A DNA stretch of 32,049 nt from Octopus sinensis. Its lineage: Eukaryota. The notes under the pieces are model-generated. The model saw only the letters and a program-made list of their open reading frames with translations. It had not been told where the DNA came from and made no database searches. Position numbers and translations under genes: made by a program. The first letter of the stretch is position 1, and the number at the start of each line of letters is the position of its first letter. The DNA is taken from the NCBI RefSeq assembly GCF_006345805.1, contig NW_021829651.1, forward strand, positions 1-32,049. Reading direction: 5' to 3'. This document shows, piece after piece, positions 19,522 through 30,329 of this stretch.

Positions 19522-19948
19522 AGGAGTGGCTGTGTGGTAAGTAGCTTGCTTACGAACCACATAGTTCTGGGTTCAGTCCCACTGTGTGGCACCTTGAGCA
19601 AGTGTCCTCTACTATAGCCTCGAGCCAACCAAAGCCTTGTGGGTGGATTTGGTAGATGGAAACTGAGAGAATCCCGTCGTATAAATAAATATATATATAT
19701 ATATGAATGTATGTATGTGTGTGTATATGTTTGTGTGTGTGTGTTTGCCCCCCCCCCACATCGCTTGACAACCGATGCTGGTGTGTTTACATCCCCGTCA
19801 CTTAGCAGTTCGGCAAAAGAGATCCGATAGAATAAGTACTAGGCTTACAAGAAGTAAGTCCTGGGGTCGATTTGCTCGATCGACTAAAGGCGGTGCTCCA
19901 GCATGGCCACAGTCAAATGACTGAAACAAGTAAAAGAGTCAAAGAGAA
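19522..19948 (+). mobile_element. SINE family A, full length
   Basis: Matches the family A sequence. Confidence 0.93.
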
Positions 19949-19958
19949 TATATATATA

Positions 19959-20356
19959 CTTTTACTTTTTTTTCTTTTTTTTACTTGTTTCAGTCATTTG
20001 ACTGCGGCCATGCTGGAGCACCACCTTCAGTCGAGCAAATCGACCCCGGGACTTATTCTTTTTGTAAGCCCAGTACTTATTCTATCGATCTCTTTTTGCC
20101 GAACCGCTAAGTAACGGGGACGTAAACACACCAGCATCGGTTGTCAAGCAATGCTAGGGGGACAAACACAGACACACAAACATACATATATATACATATA
20201 TACGACAGGCTTCTTTCAGTTTCCGTCTACCAAATCCACTCACAAGGCATTGGTCGGCCCGGGGCTATAGCAGAAGACACTTGCCCAAGATGCCACGCTG
20301 TGGGACTGAACCCGGAACCATGTGGTTGGTTAGCAAGCTACTTACCACACAGCCAC
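19959..20356 (-). mobile_element. SINE family A, tail-to-tail with 19522-19948
   Basis: Matches family A on the minus strand. Confidence 0.93.
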
Positions 20357-20449
20357 ACGCACGCTCACATAGGGAGAATGCGGGTATGTATTACGTACAC
20401 ACACACATTCATGCAGCTACGCACACACACACACTCCCACAAACAATAG

Positions 20450-20480
20450 AAGCGAGTTTGCTTGTCCAAGTGTTGCGATC

Positions 20481-20512
<32 letters not shown>

Positions 20513-20880
20513 TGCAATATTTAACACTCGACGACAATTACGTTCTCCAACAACAACAACAACAACAACAGAAACAGGGGCGGCAGCGGCAGCAGGCGCA
20601 GGCGCAACAAATAACAACAACCACCACCACCACTACAACCACAACAACTGCAGTCGTCCAAGCACCTTACACTCGCGACCCAAACCTAAAACCACCCTTC
20701 CTTCCTAACGCCACCACTAACATTACCACCACCACCACCACTACAACCACCACTACCACCACCACTACTACTACTACTGGGAGTAGCAGTAGCAGCAGCA
20801 GTAGTTGTAGTTACAGCAACAACAGCAGTTTTAACGAGCGACAACAAAGCTATCGCAACACATCGCTCGTCGGTCGGTGA
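20450..20880 (+). CDS. Candidate low-complexity (P/S/Q/T-rich) coding exon
   Basis: The only + frame open across several different trinucleotide runs and three unique linkers (LQYLTLDDNYVL, AVVQAPYTRDPNLKPPFLPNA, FNERQQSYRNTSLVGR). Weak acceptor AATAG at 20445-20449; TGA at 20878-20880. Confidence 0.35.
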
Positions 20881-21384
20881 CTGCGAACGGAGTGTTTTTA
20901 CGACCAAGCACCTGGCTGAACGCCCTCCAGGCTTACGAACACTATATACTGACACACAAATACAGGTATATATCTATACACACATATATAGACATACATA
21001 TGTAAGTACAAGCGTTACGTGCGCACTAAGTGAACTGGACACGCCATTTGGATTCGGACCCGTTAAGGAGTGACTTACGCACCCTTCAATCCCTATGAAC
21101 GGCATGTACGTACAGGTAGGTGTGTTTTTTTTTCAACGTGTGTGCCTGCGTGTGTACGTACACATACATTGGAGTTGTTACCTGTTTATTAGATGTGGTT
21201 ACGTAGAAATGTATTTTAATTATCTACCTCGGTTTCTGTAAAACACGCATATAATACGATGTAGGATCCAAAGCAATATATTACACTAATAGAGGAGGAC
21301 ACCAGGTGGCGCCAAACTGTGCCAGTGCTTTATTCGACACACCACGCTAATTAAGGCATAGTCATTAATCCTACCATTACATAC

Positions 21385-21947
21385 ATTATATATATATATA
21401 TAATATATATATATATATATAATATATATATATATATGTATGTATATAATATATGTATGTATAATATATATATATGTATTATATAATATATGTATGTATA
21501 TATATATATGTATGTATATAATATATATGTATATATATATATATATGTATGTATTATGTATGTTATAATATTATGTATGTATATATATATATATATGTAT
21601 TATATATATATGTGTATGTATATATATATATATATGTTATATATATATATGTGTATATATATGTATATATATGTATGTATGTATATATATATGTGTGTGT
21701 GTATGTATGTATATATATTATGTATATATATATGTGTGTGTGTATGTATGTATATATATGTATATAATATATATGTATATATATATATGTGTGTATGTAT
21801 GTATATATATATATATGTGTGTATGTATATATATATATATGTGTGTATGTATGCATATATATATATGTGTGTGTATGTATGTATATATATATATGTGTGT
21901 ATGTATGTATATATATATATATGTGTATATATGTATATATATATGTG

Positions 21948-21980
<33 letters not shown>

Positions 21981-22070
21981 ATATATATATGTGTGTGTAT
22001 ATATATATGTATATATACATATATATACATACATATATATATATATATGCATATATACATACATATATGT
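21385..22070. repeat. ~700-bp compound (TA)n/(TATG)n/(TG)n array
   Basis: Direct reading. Confidence 0.95.
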
Positions 22071-22490
22071 ACATACCTGCTTATATGGCTACAGGACGTC
22101 AAAAAAAAACGTGAACGAAATGAGAAACGGGAACATAAAAAAAACAAAAAAAAACAGACAACGAACTTTTTTTCGAACAACGAAAGAAACAAAAAGAGAA
22201 ACGCGCCAGGCAACATAAGGAACAATCCCTTCATCAGCTGTCCCCTATTTTATCTACTCCACGTTTCGATATATAGATCGTCAGTTAATCATTAATCCGA
22301 AAGAGAAGCACACTCGAAGATATAGACCAGAGTGTTTAGAGAAAGGTAGTTATGCCCAGGAGTTCGGGTCCAACATAGCGCTTAGCTTTCTCAGCGTCTA
22401 CTCGGACCCTAATGGTCCGGTGCCCTATAAGCTCTCTGACGAGACACTGTAAACCCTGGGCGACCCCTCCGACCAGTCATAACTTTCTTT
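22070..22490 (-). mobile_element. Longer copy of Penelope-like family P1
   Basis: 22070-22270 is homologous to 625-822. The minus strand has CTGACGA-TCTATATATC-GAAAC (22284-22263) and a second CTGATGAAGGG. The extension to 22490 is assumed to belong to the same element. Confidence 0.55.
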
Positions 22491-22552
22491 ATATATATAA
22501 TGTTTGTTTTCATGCGTAGTTGTAATGAAATCAACTTTATATTTATCTGATG

Positions 22553-22605
22553 GGGGTTACTCCATAATTAAGGAGTCCGACAATGGCTTAACTGGCCGAA
22601 ACTTC
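22553..22605 (+). ncRNA. Degenerate type III hammerhead ribozyme motif (probably inactive)
   Basis: GGGG-UU / stem I ACUCC-AUAAUUAA-GGAGU / core CCGACAA (two changes from CUGACGA) / U / stem II GGC-UUAACUG-GCC / GAAAC-UUC pairing back to GGGGU. Confidence 0.5.
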
Positions 22606-22810
22606 GAAGTCACTATCAATAGTATTGTTATTAAAAATAATATAGATAGGTAGATTTATATATATTTATATATATATATATACATACATACATATATATA
22701 CATATATATACACACACATACTTTGAGGAGAGTCATATATATATATATATATACATACATACTTTGAGGAGAGTCATATTTTCTGTGTGTGGATATATAT
22801 TCTTATATAC

Positions 22811-22953
22811 GTTTCAGTCCAATTACTGTGGCCATGCTGGAACGCCGCCATTAAAATATTGGTTTCAAATTTTGGCACAAGGTGCCACGCAGTGGTACTG
22901 AACCCGGAACTATGTGGTGGGAAAAACAAGCTACTCACCCCACAGTCACTGCT
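22811..22953 (-). mobile_element. SINE family A with most of the interior deleted (head fused to tail)
   Basis: GTTTCAGTC..GGCCATGCTGGA joined to CAAGGTGCCACGCAGTGG..GAACCCGGAAC. Confidence 0.8.
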
Positions 22954-22972
22954 GATATATATATATATATAT

Positions 22973-23012
<40 letters not shown>

Positions 23013-23344
23013 TATACACACCACGCATCTACGTAATAAACACACACACACATTTGTGGAGATAGATAAACACACACATACTGATTTATTTAAGACGTCG
23101 CAAATTCTTAAGACAGGGGGTATGGGATTCTGAGATGTTCATGCTTTTCTCACACACAAGCAGTGGGGAAAAAAAGGGTTAAACGAAGTCTGTAGAGTAC
23201 TTGTTACCTTTAGCGCCCACATTTCTGCTCTTTTATTATTTTGACAGCTTTGTTAACACGTGTTTGTTTATATTGCAACACTTCCTCGCTCTATCATGAC
23301 ACATTCAACAACAACAAAAATACTTCAAGCCAATTATGGAAAGA

Positions 23345-23412
23345 ACCTGTAGTCGGTCTTTCAGATTGCTAGAAATAGCAGCTGAATCCCCTTCAATTCA
23401 TACCCTACCCTA
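23345..23412 (-). mobile_element. Family F fragment
   Basis: Homologous to 11126-11178. Confidence 0.55.
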
Positions 23413-23629
23413 AGAGGGTGGGTAAAAGAAAATACAAGAGGATCAGTTAATTATGACTCTATGCAACATATTTCCCTCCCAGATTCACACACTTCTTGCA
23501 GCGGTCCTTCAGTTTTTTCTAAGCCCCGTTAAAAAACTTGCAAGATTGGATCTCCAGCCAGGCCTTTCGTGGCATCTTTAAAGGCAGAAACTTTTCATCA
23601 CCCGTTTGTGTGTGTGTGTTCTTCACTGT

Positions 23630-23775
23630 ATCCTCTTTACCAAATCCCACCACTTCGATGTCGGCGGCTCAACCCGAGGCTTTTGTAGAAGCCGCCTGCG
23701 GAAGGTACCTAAGCAACATAGAACTTGAAACCCCTGTGAAAACGAAGCTGACTCGTTCACCGCACGACTATACCT
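23630..23775 (-). mobile_element. Very old family A-like left arm
   Basis: CCAAATCCC..CCCGAGGCTTTTGTAGAAG..AAGGTACC aligns loosely to family A. Confidence 0.55.
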
Positions 23776-23934
23776 AACACCTGTTAATCAATAATCCAGA
23801 GGTTTTAAGGATCGGGTAGCTGTGATCATTCAGGTGTGGCTGTGGTGACGGTAGTGGGGGTGTATTCGTTTGTTGATGCAGTAGTTCCCCGTTGACTGGT
23901 TTTCACAATACTCACAGTTAAAATTATAAAACGG

Positions 23935-23966
<32 letters not shown>

Positions 23967-24107
23967 TAGGTATCACACACACACACACACACATAAATAT
24001 ATATACATACACACAAATATAGACACGTATATATACATGTAAAAATACATGTACATACAAACGCATATACAGACGCAGATATGTAATATACATACACACA
24101 AGATATG

Positions 24108-24162
<55 letters not shown>

Positions 24163-24186
24163 TGTGTATTGTGTGTGTGTGATGAT

Positions 24187-24316
24187 AGGCGTGGCTGCGT
24201 AGCAAGAAGCTTGCTTCCTAACCACATGATTCGGGTTCAGTTCTACTGCGTGGCACCATGGGCAAGTGTCTTCTACTATAGCCTCGGGCCAACTAACACC
24301 TTGAAAAAAGCCCGTC

Positions 24317-24384
<68 letters not shown>

Positions 24385-24600
24385 CTGTGTTCGTGTCTGT
24401 GTTTGTCCCCCATCGCCGCTTGACAACTGGTATTGGTGTGTTTACGTCCCCGGAAACTAGCGATTCGACTAAAGAATACCGATAGAATTAGTGCTAGACT
24501 TAAAAAAATAAAGTCCTGCGGTCGATGTGTTCGACTAAAACCGTTCAAGGCGGTGCTCCAGCATGGCCGCAGTCAAATGACTGAAACAGATAAAAGGAAA
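24187..24600 (+). mobile_element. SINE family A
   Basis: Matches the family A sequence. Confidence 0.9.
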
Positions 24601-24785
24601 ATAATGTATGAGTGTGTGTATACGTGTACAAATATGTGTCAGTCTGTATATTTATGTGCGTGTGTGTATGCGTTTGTATGTTGATGTTTGTAGATATACA
24701 TCCGTTTATGTACGTACATACTCGAAACATATACAAACGTATGTATACTTGCAAACACGGATACACACACTGGCTCACAAATATT

Positions 24786-24834
<49 letters not shown>

Positions 24835-25208
24835 GCACATATATAGATATACACACACATAAACGCACTCATCATGGATATATTTATACATACTTTCAAC
24901 ATCCTCTTGTTTATGTTTAAAAAGCCTTTCTTGTTTTGTTTTGAAGTTCTTAGATATCGAAAACGAATAACGATTCTTATGAGCTGTTGTAGTAAAAGCG
25001 TAGGTCAGCCCTGATTGAGCAAGGCCACAAAGCCAACGATTCGGACGTGACTTTATCGGGTGCTGTTGTATCTGGGACCGCACTGCACTGCCCAATGCAC
25101 CCTTCTTTTATTTAAGAGAGCGAGAATGGGGTGGGGATGGACTGAAGGAAATTGACCTGCTGTATCATATTTCAGTATCGAAATCGTTGTGATTCTAGAT
25201 AATAGGAA

Positions 25209-25461
25209 GGAGCACTCCGTCGGTTACGACGACGAGGGTCCCAGCTGATACGATCAACGGAACAGCTTGCTCGTGGAATTAACGTGCAAGTGACTGAGCA
25301 CTCCACAGACACGAATACCCTTAACGTAGTTCTCAGGGAGATTCAGCGTGACACAGAGTGTGACAAGGCCGGCCCTTTGAAATACAGGTACAACTCATTT
25401 TTGCCAGCTGAGTGGACTGGAGCAACGTGAAATAAAGTGTCTTGCTCAAGGACACAACGCA
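25209..25461 (-). mobile_element. SINE family D, 5'-truncated
   Basis: Reverse complement of the body and tail of 25843-26165. Confidence 0.88.
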
Positions 25462-25842
25462 TCTAGACAACAACACGGCTGACGAAATGAATTCACCAAC
25501 GTCATCAGTATATTGTCCTTCCCATGCCTTTCCACTTGCAAACTTTGCATAATTCAAGCTGATCCCAAAGTGGCAAAGCTTTTTGTTTCTTTCGTTTTTT
25601 GTAAGTCAAAACTCCTCTTCAGCTTCGTGAATATCTGAATTGGTTGGCGTGTGTGCGCCATCGCGCTCGGATCAACATGTCTGTGTACTTGAATGTGTGT
25701 GTGTTCATGTATGCGTTTGTGTGTGTTTATGTGTGTGTGTGTGTGTGTGTCGACAATCGTGCTCTCGTGTAGTGGGTGTATATATTACTTCAGCTCACGA
25801 CTGTGTGTGTGTGCTTTATTACTGTTTATGGCTGTGTATTGT

Positions 25843-26165
25843 GAAGGCGTGTGGCTTAGTGGATAGGCAATTCGGCTCACGATCGCAAGGTCGTGGGTTC
25901 GATTCCTGGCTTCACGTTGTGTCCTTGAGCAAGACAATTTATTTCTCGTTGTTCCAGTTCACTCACCTGGCAAAAATGAATTTTTACCTGTAATTCAAAG
26001 GGCTAGCCGTGTCACATTCTGTATCACGCCGAATCTCCTTGAGAACTACGTTAAAGGTACACATGTCTATGGAGTCCTCAGCCACTTACACGTTAATTTA
26101 ACTAGCAGGCTGTTCCGTTGACCGGATCAACTGGAACGCTCACCGTCGTCACCGACGGAATGCCA
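25843..26165 (+). mobile_element. SINE family D, full length
   Basis: Head GGCGTGTGGCTTAGTGG and GGTTCGATTCC, TTGAGCAAGACA CORE-like block, tail hairpin CCGTCG-TCAC-CGACGG. Confidence 0.88.
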
Positions 26166-26277
26166 GTATCGCTATGCATTCCATGTGTTATGACGTACAT
26201 GTGTTCAGCCCAGGAACCTCAAAGCGAGAATCCCTGGAATGTTATACAAATTTTCACTGTATCCCCTATATCTCCAC

Positions 26278-27095
26278 CAGGGCCGGATTAAGACTCACAG
26301 AGGCCCTACGCACTTAAAAGACTTTCCGGACCCCTTATTAATGTAATTCAAAATGTAAACAATAATGAACCATAAAATAAGTCTTATTTTGCAAAATGAA
26401 ACAAAACTAACGGTAAAGATGGAAAATCTTTAGTTTTGCTTGCTTCCTCTTTATTCATATTTAAGAAATTGTGGAGGCGCAATGGCCCAGTGGTTAGGGC
26501 AGCGGACTCGCGGTCATAGGATCGCGGTTTCGATTCCCAGACCGGGCGTTGTGAGTGTTTATTGAGCGAAAATACCTAAAGCTCCACGAGGCTCCGGCAG
26601 GGGGTGGTGGTGATCCCTGCTGTACTCTTTCACCACAACTTTCTCTAACTCTTACTTCCTGTTTCTGTTGTACCTGTATTTCAAAGGGCCTTGTCACTCT
26701 CTGTGTCACGCTGAATATCCCCGAGAACTACGTTAAGGGTACACGTGTCTGTGGAGTGCTCAGCCACTTGCACGTTAATTTCACGAGCAGGCTGTTCCGT
26801 TGATTCAGATCAACCGGAACCCTCATCGTCGTAACCGACGGAGTGCTTCCATCCATTTAAGAAATTGTCCCCTATTCTTCTTTTTAATGGCAAAGTCTTT
26901 GATCAGATGCTCCCCATGACACCATGAACACATCGAAATTACATTTCCGATCATTTAACCCACTTTGAATATTATTTTAGCAAGTTTAAAGTGATTTCTT
27001 TTGTACTGTAAACCATTTACCATTTCTGTGGTGCCCCTTCCTTCCCTTGATGCCCTAATAAGCACGAGCGTTGGTCTCCACTATATCTGGAGTAT
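26278..27095 (+). mobile_element. hAT-like MITE relic interrupted by a SINE
   Basis: 5' end CAGGGCCGGATTAAG and a degenerate GCCCTAA(TAA)GCACG.. 3' region. The right TIR is poorly preserved. Confidence 0.4.
26473..26854 (+). mobile_element. SINE with a family E head and body and a family D tail, with a 14-bp TSD
   Basis: ATTTAAGAAATTGT at 26459-26472 and 26855-26868. tRNA-Arg-like head GGCGCAATGGCCCAGTGGTTAGGGC..GGTTTCGATTCCC. Confidence 0.9.
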
Positions 27096-27158
27096 GTGGA
27101 TCAGTTTCACTTGAATGTATGTATGCGCGTATTTATCCATGTATGTATGTATTCTTCT

Positions 27159-27503
27159 TCTTTTTCCTTGTTTCAGTCATTTTGACTGCGGCCATGCTGG
27201 AACACCGCCTTTAATCGAGCAACTCGACCCCGGGACTTATTCTTTTGTAAGTCCAGTACTTATTCTATCGGTCTCTTTTGCCGAACTGCTAAGTAACGGG
27301 GACAAACACAGACACACACACACACATATATACATATATACGACGGGCTTCTTTCAGTTTCCGTCTACCAAATCCACTCACAAGGCTTTGGTCGGCCCGA
27401 GGCTATAGTAGAAGACACTTACCCAAGGTGGCACGCAGTGGGACTGAACCCGATACAATGTGGTTGGTAAGCAAGCTACTTACCACACAGCCACTCCTGC
27501 GCC
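27159..27503 (-). mobile_element. SINE family A with a ~21-bp TSD and a microhomology deletion
   Basis: TATCCATGTATGT(ATGT)ATTCTTCT at 27134-27158 and 27504-27524. The deletion lies between two GGGGAC repeats. Confidence 0.92.
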
Positions 27504-27529
27504 TATCCATGTATGTATTCTTCTATTCC

Positions 27530-27758
27530 TATTTCTTTATTACCCACAAGGGGCTAAACACAGAGGGGACAAACAAGGACAGACATAGGTATTAAGTCGA
27601 TTACATCGACCCCAATGCGTAACTGGTACTTAATTTATCGACCCCGAAAGGATGAAAGGCAAAGTCGACCTCGGCGGAATTTGAACTCACAACGTAACGC
27701 AGATGAAATACCGCTAAGCATTTCGCCCGGCGTGCTAACGTTTCTGCCAGCTCGCCGC
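27530..27758 (-). mobile_element. SINE family B, full length, 7-bp TSD
   Basis: CTATTCC at 27523-27529 and 27759-27765. Confidence 0.92.
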
Positions 27759-27796
27759 CTATTCCGTGTACTACTTCTGTGGTGGACTTCACTTAC

Positions 27797-27847
27797 TGTC
27801 CAGTTTAATACTACTGCCTGGTCATTCATCCAGTTTGCTGTAGCCAT
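27797..27847 (-). CDS. Weak candidate first coding exon (MATANWMNDQAVVLNWT)
   Basis: ATG at 27847, phase-0 donor ACA|GTAAGTG at 27796, and an upstream CpG-containing region with GGGCGG and CGGAAGT motifs. Confidence 0.2.
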
Positions 27848-28113
27848 CAAACGTCATTGCTGTTTTTTTTTGTTTTTTTGTGTGGAGGTGGTCAGTAGTC
27901 GGCGAGGTGCCACTCCGCAGCAAAATCACCTCATCATACCCTCTTGGTCACGCACTTTCACGCCAAACTACAGTGTTCTTTGTACTAAGAATTCCGGCCA
28001 AACCTCTGATTTAATTAATGCGGCAAATTCGTATTCCCCGTGGCCGAAAGTGGGGGTTAAGGGTGGTTTTGGGGGAAGACGGGCGGAAGTCTTGGCTCTT
28101 TAGTAGAATCCAC

Positions 28114-28225
28114 GGCAGTCTTTCGGTATTAGTAGACGACGTCATTCACCCACACAACGTTGGATAAAGAAGCTAGGCTGAAACGGAAGGTACATTACGT
28201 CGTCGACTAATACCGAAAGATTTCC
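28114..28225. other. Inverted repeat: 27-bp arms, 25/27 complementary, 48-nt spacer
   Basis: TCTTTCGGTATTAGTAGACGACGTCAT (28119-28145) versus ATTACGTCGTCGACTAATACCGAAAGA (28194-28220); extendable by about 5 bp with a wobble. Confidence 0.85.
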
Positions 28226-28363
28226 GAGTCCACACTATTACGAACAGTGGGAGGAGGGACCCCTTGTCTCTGTCTCTAGTTTGAGGGCATCGTCCTCCTT
28301 CCGTACTTTTTCTCCCTCACACTAATCTCAGAGTCCCTGAAAAAAAAGGGGGGAGAGCGGATC

Positions 28364-28767
28364 AGGCGTGGCTGTGTGATAAGTAGCTTGTTTACCAACC
28401 ACATGGTTCCGGGTTCAGTCTCACTGCGTGGCACCTTGGGCAAGTGTCTTCTACTATAGCCTTGGGCCGACCAAAGCCTTGTGAGTGGATTTGGTAGATG
28501 GAAACTGAAAGAAGCCCGTCGTATATATGTATATATATGTTTATATGTATGAGTGTTTGTGTGCCTGTGTTTGTCCCCCTAGCACTGCTTGACAGCTGAT
28601 GCTGGTGTGTTTATGTCCCCGTTACCTAGCGGTTCGGCAAAAGAGACCGATAGAATAAGTACTGGGCTTACAAAAGAATAAGTCCCGGGGTCGAGTTGCT
28701 CGATTAAAGGCAGTGCTCCAGCATGGCCGCAGTCAAATGACTGAAACAAGTAAAAGAGTAAAGAGAG
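28364..28767 (+). mobile_element. SINE family A, full length
   Basis: Matches the family A sequence. Confidence 0.95.
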
Positions 28768-29375
28768 CAGATCATACTACTCGGCCTTTGTTTATCTGAC
28801 CAAATTATTTCTATGTCCCCAGCAAGTTATTTCACTTCACATTGTCTCATATAAAAACGCTCATCGCGGTATGACCGCCATTAACAATAATGGATTCATC
28901 CCCCCCTTCTCTCTCTAGTGTTCACTTATCCTCTCCAAGAGTGGATACCACTTCATTTATTACATAAGTGGCCGCCTCAATGAGTGTATTTAGCTTGACT
29001 CACTTAAAACTGTGTTGTTTTCTTTTTTATATATGTTAGGAGGCCTCTCTGCTCTGTTCTTGTTTCTGTTCTTTTTTCACTAAAGGTCTCATTGTTTGGT
29101 TGATTGTTGTACATGAATGACTGTGGAAACCGTGTCAGCCTCTGTCTATCTGCGTGTGTGTGTTTGTGTGAGATCATCAAAATAGGTCGACTGTTTTGTT
29201 TTTGTAATTTTTTTTAAGCGCTTACATTGTTACGTGGGTAAAAAAACCAATTTAGGCCTATACGAAATACACTCACTCATACGAGAAATTATTATTATTA
29301 TTATTAATTATTAATTATTATTATTATTATTATTATTAAAGTTCCCCCAAACATTATCTCTTGTATCTCTAGAGT

Positions 29376-29584
29376 AGGTAGATAGACAGACAGAGATAGG
29401 TAGGTAGGTAGGTAGGTAGATAGACAGATAGATAGATAGATAGGTAGGTAGGTAGGTAGGTAGGTAGGTAGGTAGGTAGGTAGGTAGGTAGGTAGATAGG
29501 TAGGTATAAAGATAGGTAGATAGATAGGTAGGTAGAAAGATAGGTAGGTAGATAGATAGATAGATAGGTAGGTAGGTAGGTAGG

Positions 29585-29672
<88 letters not shown>

Positions 29673-29705
29673 CTAGGTGATGGATGGACGGATGGATAGA
29701 TAGAT
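29376..29705 (+). repeat. Compound (GGTA)n/(GATA)n array
   Basis: Direct reading. Confidence 0.95.
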
Positions 29706-30329
29706 ATTGAGAGACAGGCTGACAGACAGAGAGACGGAAACATCCATATACATATTTCTCTCTCTCCTGGAGACACGCATACATACGCTCATCCACACAC
29801 GCATATAGGCTTAATACAAATATACGTGTTGAATGTCGGTGTCTGTTTGTATGCCTATGTAATATCTGCATGTGTATATATATATGTCTACACTTGCTTT
29901 TCTTTACACAAACACAGCTATACAATCACCATCTCACCACCCACACGCTTTCTCTTTCTCCATGTTCTTCATACACACAATCACACAAACAATTTCACGC
30001 CTTCTTTCCTCTGTATACACACACACACACATACACAATGTCACATACCCACCGTTTAAACACAAACGCTCTATTTAGTTCTTTTATCTTCTTAAATATC
30101 AGCAAATATTTTCTAGTTAACATCGATAAGGGTAATGGATACCTCGACCCATCGCGCCATCCAGTTTTAGTTCCGCTTCTACGTCTAATCAATCAATCTC
30201 CGTCTCCCTATCTATACATCTATCTATCTAAAGTTTTCTTGGCAATTGAGCGATTTTGTGAGAGATTTGGCAGGCGGAAACAGTACGAAGATCATCCGTG
30301 TTATATGTATATATATATATATATATATA

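Noticed and set aside
21065-21125. Opposing donor-like sites (minus GTAAGT at ~21078, plus GTAGGT at ~21116)
   Set aside because: There is no convincing matching acceptor or open frame; such hexamers are expected by chance.
21490-22295. Long ORFs rich in Y/I/M/C/V/H/T (also 13997-14646, 15375-15977, 23830-24920, 29311-29925)
   Set aside because: They are translations of (TA)n, (TG)n, (TACA)n and (GATA)n repeats that lack stop codons by composition.
26473-26550. tRNA-Arg-like sequence (and similar heads at 8371 and 25843)
   Set aside because: There is no complementary acceptor stem and the sequence continues into a SINE body with a TSD; it is a SINE head, not a tRNA gene.
29040-29140. Strong polypyrimidine tract plus AG at ~29086
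   Set aside because: All three frames stop within about 40 nt and no good donor follows.
30225-30300. Possible small exon (FLAIERF.. or QLSDFVRDLAGGNSTKII)
   Set aside because: The acceptor lies in an (ATCT)n run, the donor is non-consensus, and no protein family is recognised.
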